DNA of 64,000 nucleotides, from assembly GCA_947632065.1 (NCBI GenBank), contig CANRNO010000003.1:6662-70661 (forward strand), written 5' to 3'. This stretch comes from an uncultured Bacilli bacterium. GTDB taxonomy: Bacteria > Bacillota_I > Bacilli_A > RF39 > UBA660. The position numbers and the translations under genes were made by a program. The notes under the pieces were generated by a model that saw nothing but the letters and a program-made list of their open reading frames with translations, had not been told where the DNA came from and made no database searches. Below are positions 57,250-64,000 of the stretch, piece by piece (the stretch's first letter is position 1; each line of letters opens with the position of its first letter).

Positions 57250-57470
57250 TATCTCTCCTTTTTTATAAAAATAAAACCACATTAAATGCTAGGAGCAAAT
57301 AATGCGGTACCATCCTTGTTTTTTCTTAATTTAAATAACGGCTATGAACCGGAATTACTTTTCATAATTCTACTAAAAAGGTAGTAACTAGTCTAATCTT
57401 TCCTTGTTTTCACCAACCACAAGGTCTCTTTTTAAAGTTTTAGAAAAGTCGTGTCCTTTCTCAATGTATT
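57250..57470 (-). promoter_or_regulatory. T-box riboswitch leader (Thr specifier) controlling thrS
   Basis: The minus strand contains the AGAGA box, the distal-loop GGTGAAA, candidate specifier codons ACT/ACC at about 57380-57389, and the T-box core AAGGATGGTACCGCAT (57301-57318). The terminator helix ACCGCATTA...TAATGTGGT is followed by TTTTATTTTT. Confidence 0.85.
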
Positions 57471-57509
57471 TTATATTTTAAGAATATCACAAAATATTTA
57501 TTTGTCAAG

Positions 57510-58241
57510 TTATCTTTGGTTCCATGATGAAGGAAGTCCAAAAACTGTGGTTGCTCCTCTAAACCCTTCGTTATATCTTCTTTTTAAATAATTGTAATAT
57601 TTTGAAAGTGATGAACAATTATAATCATTGTCTGCGAAAAGTATACAATCAGCAACTTCTAAATGTAAGTGTACTCCGGTTGCTCTTCCTGTTTGTCCCA
57701 TATATCCAAGTGGATCATTTACAGTTACAGTTTTTCCTACATACAGTCCAGGAGCATATCTACTTAAATGTACATACATAGATGAATAATCTTTATCTTT
57801 TACTCTATGTACTAAACTTATTATATTAGCTCCTGCTCCATCACGAAATATACCAGTTATTATTCCATCGGCAATTGGATATACTACTTCATTTGAGTCA
57901 TATGGACTAGTTATATCATAACCATAATGGAATCCATCATCTCTATATTCTAACCCACTACTTATATTTCCATGTTGGGTTGGATTATACCAATGTTTTA
58001 TTTCAACTATTGGTACTGGATCTTGTATAACTTGTTCTACTACTTTTGGTTCTTCTTTATTTTCTGTAGATTCTTTTATTTGATTTAAATTTATTTTTGC
58101 TGTTTTATAATTTTTATTATTTGTTTTATCTGAATAAAATAAGATTTCTTTTTTTTCTTTACTTTTCATTTCTAATTCTATTCCACTACCAAATAAAATA
58201 AGAGAGGTTCCTACTAATATCAATAGAATTATTTTCTTCAT
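57510..58241 (-). CDS. M23 family metallopeptidase (LytM domain), secreted
   Basis: Signal/TM segment MKKIILLILVGTSLILFG. FHYGYDITSP (HxxxD) and GVHLHLEV (HxH). Confidence 0.8.
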   Translation of the reverse strand: MKKIILLILVGTSLILFGSGIELEMKSKEKKEILFYSDKTNNKNYKTAKINLNQIKESTENKEEPKVVEQVIQDPVPIVEIKHWYNPTQHGNISSGLEYRDDGFHYGYDITSPYDSNEVVYPIADGIITGIFRDGAGANIISLVHRVKDKDYSSMYVHLSRYAPGLYVGKTVTVNDPLGYMGQTGRATGVHLHLEVADCILFADNDYNCSSLSKYYNYLKRRYNEGFRGATTVFGLPSSWNQR

Positions 58242-58302
58242 AGTCCAACCACTTCCCAAGACATAAAACTGTTCGCTATTATAACAAAAAGAAGAGACTT
58301 TG

Positions 58303-60129
58303 TCAAAAATCTCTTCTTTTTTTAATATAGTTTTTAATATTTTCTTTTTGTTTGTTTAACTTTTTTATACGACTTTTTAGCTCTCTTCTAAATTGTTTTC
58401 TTTCTTCATCAGTTCCATACCCGTAGTAGAAAAGATCTATTGATCTTTGGTTTAGAATATCTACACTTCTTCTTAATGGACTTGAACATTGTACATAATG
58501 ATCTAATTTTAATCCTTTATGTTTTCCTTCTTTAGCATATTTTGACTCTTCTTCATAACAAAATATTTGTTGATGAAAAGCACTATTTCCTTCTCCAATT
58601 TTTTGTGATAATTCTTTTAATATTTCATCTGGTTCTTCTGATTCTTCTTGAACTAAATAAGCAATTGGACGATTATTCTCATAACTGTCTATCGCTATAA
58701 ATTCATTATGTAAAATCATGCAATAATTAACTATATCATGAGCTAATGCGGATGCTGGTTCTTCTTCTAAAGATGTATGATAGTCATATCTTTTAGAAAT
58801 AATTTTAGTTATATCAACTAAGTTTTTAACTGTATTTTCAAATTCTTTGTCATAACTTCCTTCTTCTATTACTTGACTAACTTCTTTATAAGTTGTTTTT
58901 TTTGAATTTGTTATAATACTTTTTCTATTACCAGCATCTATTATTATTCCATTAGGTTGAATCTCAAAATAATGAGATTCGGCAAACCTTTTTGTTCCTT
59001 GTAAAAGTGAGCCTTTATTTGAACTATATTCTTTTGGGAATATAGAAATTATTTTATCTCTTTCATAAATATTTTCTTCTCTTTCAAGAGCATTTTGAAC
59101 AATTAATGAATTATAATCAAAATAAGATGTAACTGATGCGATATGTACACCAAGTAGATAATTACCATTTGGTAATTTTGTTGCGGATAAAGCATCATCT
59201 ATTTCAGTAGCATAATCTCCATCTATAGAAATTATATAATCATCTATCTCTTGTTTAGGTATACTATTTTGGTAATCTTCATCTGGCTCTAATTGTTTTA
59301 ATATGTCTCTATCAAAACCTTCTTTTATATTATATTTTTCTTTTAATAATTTTAATCTATATTTGTCTTTTCTACTTTCTAAAAGGTCTTCTTTTAAATT
59401 TATAAGTAAAATTTTCTTTAAATTATAAAGTTGATCTTTATCTTTTAGGTTTGCTAGAATATTATAAAGTTTAGATAAACAAGTGGCTTTATCATCATCT
59501 GAAAATTTTAGGCTTTTATCAGATAAAAGTATATCTATTACTTTATCAAAGTAATAAGTATCTGTATTTAGAGTTTGCTTATTTATTAAATCTAAATATC
59601 TTAAAATGACATTACATATTAAACTATTACCATATATGTCAATACAATTAATCATTTCTGGGAAGTAATTAATTACATTCTTTATGTAATAAAAATTTTT
59701 CTTTTCAAAAATAACGTATTCTAAAAATTTATATTTACTATTTTCCTCATCATCAAAAATATATAAAGTATTTGATAGTTCTTCTAAAGTATACATTATA
59801 CTTTTTAAATCTTTTTTATTATATTTTTCTGGATGAGAATAAATTCTATCATCTATTTCATCACTTAGATTTTCAAGCATTTCTATTACGCTATCAATAT
59901 CTATGTTTTTTGTTCTTTTAACAAGATTAATAATTATTTCTATTCCTCTTTCCATTCTTGAAGAGTTTTTTTCATTTTTATAGTTGTAAAGTTCTTCTTC
60001 TAATTCATCTACAATTAAATAAATCATTTCTTCTGTGTCTTGTGTATTTAAAACAGCACATAATTTATTAAACTTTACATCATTTTCATTTTCTAAAATA
60101 TTTTTAATTTTTTTATAACTTCTTCCCAT
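58303..60129 (-). CDS. RNB-domain exoribonuclease (RNase II/R family) with a divergent N-terminal region
   Basis: ATEIDDALSA, GVHIASVTSYF and CSSPLRRSVDI match RNB motifs. The first ~290 aa are unrecognisable, and no obvious CSD or S1 domains are present. Confidence 0.7.
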   Translation of the reverse strand: MGRSYKKIKNILENENDVKFNKLCAVLNTQDTEEMIYLIVDELEEELYNYKNEKNSSRMERGIEIIINLVKRTKNIDIDSVIEMLENLSDEIDDRIYSHPEKYNKKDLKSIMYTLEELSNTLYIFDDEENSKYKFLEYVIFEKKNFYYIKNVINYFPEMINCIDIYGNSLICNVILRYLDLINKQTLNTDTYYFDKVIDILLSDKSLKFSDDDKATCLSKLYNILANLKDKDQLYNLKKILLINLKEDLLESRKDKYRLKLLKEKYNIKEGFDRDILKQLEPDEDYQNSIPKQEIDDYIISIDGDYATEIDDALSATKLPNGNYLLGVHIASVTSYFDYNSLIVQNALEREENIYERDKIISIFPKEYSSNKGSLLQGTKRFAESHYFEIQPNGIIIDAGNRKSIITNSKKTTYKEVSQVIEEGSYDKEFENTVKNLVDITKIISKRYDYHTSLEEEPASALAHDIVNYCMILHNEFIAIDSYENNRPIAYLVQEESEEPDEILKELSQKIGEGNSAFHQQIFCYEEESKYAKEGKHKGLKLDHYVQCSSPLRRSVDILNQRSIDLFYYGYGTDEERKQFRRELKSRIKKLNKQKENIKNYIKKRRDF

Positions 60130-60144
60130 ATTCAATACCTAACC

Positions 60145-61047
60145 CTAATTCCTTCTATTTTTACTTATTAATTCCATTGTTTTTGTTAATTGTTTTATTC
60201 TTTCGATTATTCGCCTTGCTTTTACTTTAGAAAGTCCACTTGGAGTATTTGATAGATTATCTTCTAATTGTTCTAAAGTTAAATTGGATGTAAAAAACGT
60301 TGGCAAGTGTTGTTCCATCCTATATTGTAAAATTGGTCCGAGAACTTCATCTCTTGCCCAAGATGTTGAATTTTCTGCTCCTATATCATCAAGTAGTAAT
60401 AAATCTACTTTCTTTATATAATTGAATTTTTCTTCATAATCAGTATCAAAGGATGCTTTTAAATTTCTTAAAAATTCAGGATAATACACATAAGCACTAT
60501 GTACTCCAAGACGAGCCATTTCATTAAATAGTGATGCGATTAAATATGTTTTTCCACTTCCAAAAGATCCATGTAAATATAGTCCTTTTGGACTATTTCC
60601 TTTTTTATATTCTTCCATAAAAGTTTTAAAATATTTAATAATTGGTAATCTATTATTATCATCTTTATATATTCCTTTAAAAGATGCTTCTGATATTTCT
60701 TTTGATATATCAAAAAATTGCAAGTTTTCTTTATATTTATTTCTTTCTATATTTTTTAAAGTTTTAGAACAAGCAACATATGAAAAGTTTATTTTTTTAT
60801 CATAAGGTATTGGAGTTAGTAAATACCCATGTACTTTATTTTTACAAAAAGCACTATTTCTACATTTTAAGCAATGCATTTTTTCTTCTAGACATTCCTG
60901 TAATCTAGTTGTATATTTCATTAATATTTCATCTGGTATATTTATACTTTCTATAAAATTTAAAAATTCTTTATCACTGCATGCTTCTTCAAAAGATTTT
61001 TTTAAAGTATTAGTATCATTTTTTATTATATTAGAAATTTTTTGCAT
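60145..61047 (-). CDS. dnaI: Primosomal helicase loader DnaI
   Basis: N-terminal Cys cluster (CLKCRNSAFC), the AAA+ Walker A site LHGSFGSGKTYL, and the LLLDDIG Walker B site. Confidence 0.8.
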   Translation of the reverse strand: MQKISNIIKNDTNTLKKSFEEACSDKEFLNFIESINIPDEILMKYTTRLQECLEEKMHCLKCRNSAFCKNKVHGYLLTPIPYDKKINFSYVACSKTLKNIERNKYKENLQFFDISKEISEASFKGIYKDDNNRLPIIKYFKTFMEEYKKGNSPKGLYLHGSFGSGKTYLIASLFNEMARLGVHSAYVYYPEFLRNLKASFDTDYEEKFNYIKKVDLLLLDDIGAENSTSWARDEVLGPILQYRMEQHLPTFFTSNLTLEQLEDNLSNTPSGLSKVKARRIIERIKQLTKTMELISKNRRN

Positions 61048-61171
61048 ACTAACACCTCTTCTCTTTATATATTAATATAAGAAAAATATACAAAAAAAGC
61101 AAGTTATTTTACTTAAATTTACTTTGATTTTTTATATTTTTCATATTTATTTTATAAATATTACAATTATC

Positions 61172-63262
61172 TTATTTATAAGTCTTAATTTTATATCCAT
61201 TTTTATTTAATTTGACTATTATACTACCATTTTTATCTGTCCTGTAGATATTTGATTTAGATAAAGTTTTTAAAACGCTTCTTTTAGGATGTCCATATTT
61301 ATTATCTTTTCCAACAGATATCAAACTATCTTTAGGTTCAATAGTAGATATAAACTCTTTACTGGAACTTGTATCTGAACCATGATGACCTACTTTTAAA
61401 ATATCTATTTTGTTTAAGTCATATGTTTTCAGTATTTCTTTTTCACTTTTTTCAGTGGCATCTCCCATCATTAAAATCTTTGTATTTTGATTTTTAATGT
61501 ATAATACTAAACTACTATCATTTTCTTCTTTTAAATCTTTATTTAATGAATAAATTTCAAAATCTCCTACTTTAAATGTTTCATCTTGTTTTAATTTTTC
61601 TATTTTATGTTTTTTGGAAATTAAACTTTCTAAATAATTTATTCTACCTTCATTTATATAGATTTTATCAACTTCTATTTTATCTATTAAATTAAGGGAT
61701 TCTCCTAGATGATCATAGTCTCCATGAGTTAATACTAAATAATCTATTTTTTTAATACCAAGAGATTTTAAATATGGTATAGTTTTATTTTTTACAATAG
61801 ATGTCTTATTTCTTCTTTGTTGCCATTTTTCTTTTATATAGGTCGCTATTCCTCCTGTATCTACAATCATTGTCTTTCCATTTGAGAAAAAAATACTACT
61901 ATCTCCTTGTCCAACATCTAATACTGTGAAAAAATTATTATTTGTAATTATCATATAAAAATGATGAAATATGAATATAATTAATAGAATTAAATACATT
62001 ATTTTCTTTTTATATTTTATTACTATAATAATAAAGATAAAAAGAGTTATATAATAAATTATATTTAATTTTGGGAATACAAAGACTCCTATATTTATTT
62101 GTCTTAATATATTAGAACTACTTTCTAATATTCTTATAAAGAAAAATAAAGTATTATCTAAAATAGGAAATATGAAGGTTATAAGAGATAAAGGAAAGAT
62201 TATAATAGTTACAAGTGGTACATAAAATAAATTATAAAGAATACTTAGAATATTTATTTGATAAAAATTATATAAGCTTATAGGAATACTTACTAAAAAT
62301 GATATTATAGAGGTTATTAGTAATTTAGATATATAATGTTTTGGCTTATTTAACTCATCTGAGAAATATATTAAAGCAAAACTTATAGAAAAAGAATATA
62401 AGAATCCTACATCATAGATAAAAAAGGGATTTATTAAAAGAGAGATAGCTACTGTTAGATAAAATATATTTATTGGTTTTATATAAAAGTAATATATTTT
62501 ATTAATAGAGAATAAAAAGAAGAAAATAACCGCTCTTAAAATAGATGGTGAAAAGCCTACTAACAATAGATAAATCATTAAAAACAACATAACTATTAAA
62601 TATCTTTTGTTCTCTTCTACTTTTATTTTTTTTAGAAATAAAAGTAACATACCACTTAAAAAAGTTATGTGCATTCCACTTATTGCGAATAAATGTGATA
62701 TACCTAGATATTGGTAATTTTCTTTAATATTATTTTTTAATGATGATTTATCTCCAAGTAAAAATGTTTTTAAATAACTTTCTGTTTTTTTATTTTTTAA
62801 ATGATTATATATTTTATTTTTTATTTTATAATATAGATTTTCATCATTATTTATAATGTTATAATCACTTATTTTAACTAAATAAAATGTATTTTTTCTA
62901 TATAAATAATCTTTATAAGAGAAGATATTTTCTATAGTACTATCTTTTGGTTTACTAAATACTCCTTTTCCTTTTATTTTTATTCCTAATTTTATATTTT
63001 CTATAAATTTATCTTTTTCTTTTTTAGTTTTAAAATAATAATTACCAATTAATTTTTCTTTGTTATTAATAGTTAAAGTCAAAAGATTTCCATCTACATT
63101 ATAATTTTCAATATAGCCTGAAAAACTAGTAGATGTGTTTTTATAAATACTTTTGTTTACTATATTTATTCTAAGGAATGTTGTGAGGAGTGCTAGTGAT
63201 AAAATTATTAGATATGGATAATTATATAGTAATACGGTCCTTAATTTTAGCAAACACTGCAT
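61172..63262 (-). CDS. comEC: Competence protein ComEC/Rec2 (DNA internalisation channel with a metallo-beta-lactamase domain)
   Basis: Polytopic competence domain (ISHLFAISGMHI). C-terminal MBL motifs VLDVGQGDS, LTHGDYDH and GHHGS. Confidence 0.85.
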   Translation of the reverse strand: MQCLLKLRTVLLYNYPYLIILSLALLTTFLRINIVNKSIYKNTSTSFSGYIENYNVDGNLLTLTINNKEKLIGNYYFKTKKEKDKFIENIKLGIKIKGKGVFSKPKDSTIENIFSYKDYLYRKNTFYLVKISDYNIINNDENLYYKIKNKIYNHLKNKKTESYLKTFLLGDKSSLKNNIKENYQYLGISHLFAISGMHITFLSGMLLLFLKKIKVEENKRYLIVMLFLMIYLLLVGFSPSILRAVIFFFLFSINKIYYFYIKPINIFYLTVAISLLINPFFIYDVGFLYSFSISFALIYFSDELNKPKHYISKLLITSIISFLVSIPISLYNFYQINILSILYNLFYVPLVTIIIFPLSLITFIFPILDNTLFFFIRILESSSNILRQINIGVFVFPKLNIIYYITLFIFIIIVIKYKKKIMYLILLIIFIFHHFYMIITNNNFFTVLDVGQGDSSIFFSNGKTMIVDTGGIATYIKEKWQQRRNKTSIVKNKTIPYLKSLGIKKIDYLVLTHGDYDHLGESLNLIDKIEVDKIYINEGRINYLESLISKKHKIEKLKQDETFKVGDFEIYSLNKDLKEENDSSLVLYIKNQNTKILMMGDATEKSEKEILKTYDLNKIDILKVGHHGSDTSSSKEFISTIEPKDSLISVGKDNKYGHPKRSVLKTLSKSNIYRTDKNGSIIVKLNKNGYKIKTYK

Positions 63263-63932
63263 CTCCTATACCTTTTACATTTTTTATATCTTCAATATTT
63301 TTAAAGCCTCCATTTGTATTTCTATAATTTATAATATCATCTGCCTTTGATTCTCCAATACCACTTAAAGTCATTAAGTCTTCTTTTGTGGCACTATTGA
63401 TATTGATGATGGCAGTTGTTTTACTATTTTCACTTGTTTTATCAGTTTGTTTTTCAATACAAGCATCATTTTCAAGTCCATAATCTTCTGAATATTTACA
63501 TGCATCTAAAGCATTGTTTTCTTTTTCTTTGGTTTGTTTAAAGTTTTGTACTTCTCTTTGACTATAAATTATAATAACCATTTCATCTTGTAATTTTTTA
63601 CTTAAATTAATAACTGAAGTATCTGCATTTTCTGTTAAGCCTCCTGCCATATCTATTACGTCTTTGACTCTTTTACTTGCTTTTATTAAATATGTTCCAG
63701 GGAGTACTACTTCACCTTTTATGTCTACGTAAATATCCTTTCCTTCCTCTTCTACTTCTAATTCTTTTAAATTACTACTTTTCTTTTTAGCAACCACTAA
63801 AGTAGATTTTTCTTTCTTTGTCTCCTTTTTATTAAAACTTTGATGAATTATAAATCCTCCTAATAGTAGTAAAATAAATATTGCGATGCTTCCTGCAATT
63901 ATTTGTTTTTTATAACGATATTTAAATGTCAT
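63222..63932 (-). CDS. comEA: Competence protein ComEA (SLBB plus helix-hairpin-helix DNA receptor)
   Basis: N-terminal TM helix, SLBB-like GEVVLPGTYLI, and a C-terminal HhH pair NINSATKEDLMTLSGIGESKADDII...VKGIGDAVFAKIKD. Confidence 0.9.
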   Translation of the reverse strand: MTFKYRYKKQIIAGSIAIFILLLLGGFIIHQSFNKKETKKEKSTLVVAKKKSSNLKELEVEEEGKDIYVDIKGEVVLPGTYLIKASKRVKDVIDMAGGLTENADTSVINLSKKLQDEMVIIIYSQREVQNFKQTKEKENNALDACKYSEDYGLENDACIEKQTDKTSENSKTTAIININSATKEDLMTLSGIGESKADDIINYRNTNGGFKNIEDIKNVKGIGDAVFAKIKDRITI

Positions 63933-64000
63933 TTTCCCACCTCCATTTATTTTATACTAGAAAAAAAGAAAGTTTTTGCAACTTTCTTGAATTTTTTTTA

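Noticed and set aside
1-64000. Alternative genetic code (UGA=Trp), as in many Mollicutes
   Set aside because: Long ORFs are intact under the standard code, and the inferred ORFs need no in-frame TGA read-through.

Overview
This is a very AT-rich window (about a quarter G+C by eye) and it is densely coding. About 50 genes are present and nearly all are on the minus strand. The content points to a low-GC Firmicute with Mollicutes/Erysipelotrichia-like traits: PolC, a ClpB without its N-domain, a ThrRS without its TGS domain, and CIRCE operators in front of clpB and htpG. I cannot name the taxon from sequence alone.

Housekeeping genes I recognise:
- Replication, competence and RNA: polC, dnaI, comEC, comEA, thrS with a T-box leader, trmL, an RNB-family RNase, and one tRNA-Ala(UGC).
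- Proteostasis: lon, rdgB, clpB, htpG.
- Metabolism and others: pgi, phosphoketolase, an ABC-F ATPase, a NifS-type cysteine desulfurase with thioredoxin-like partners, MscS, a ferredoxin.

Accessory content:
- A glycopolymer decoration cluster at about 12.6-18.7 kb (ATP-grasp/HAD, GT2, DegT, LicD, HAD phosphatase, nucleotidyltransferase).
- A surface protein whose promoter spacer carries a G9 tract.
- A 2.5k-aa cyclic beta-1,2-glucan synthase-like gene, followed by a Zn-ribbon/HExxH protein, a stand-alone MutS-domain-I-like protein and an Avd-like four-helix-bundle protein.
- An Rpn-type PD-(D/E)XK nuclease.
- A SipW-like peptidase, and a protein with a SipW-cognate type signal.

The strongest candidate for something undescribed is an orphan 650-aa protein at 28987-30939. 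It has two HEPN-type R-x4-H motifs, one near each terminus. That layout resembles Cas13b, but there is no CRISPR array and no cas genes nearby. The gene sits alone between housekeeping operons with its own promoter and terminators.

I found no CRISPR array, rRNA, obvious prophage or IS element. All functional calls rest on motif recognition by eye and need profile or structure searches to confirm.
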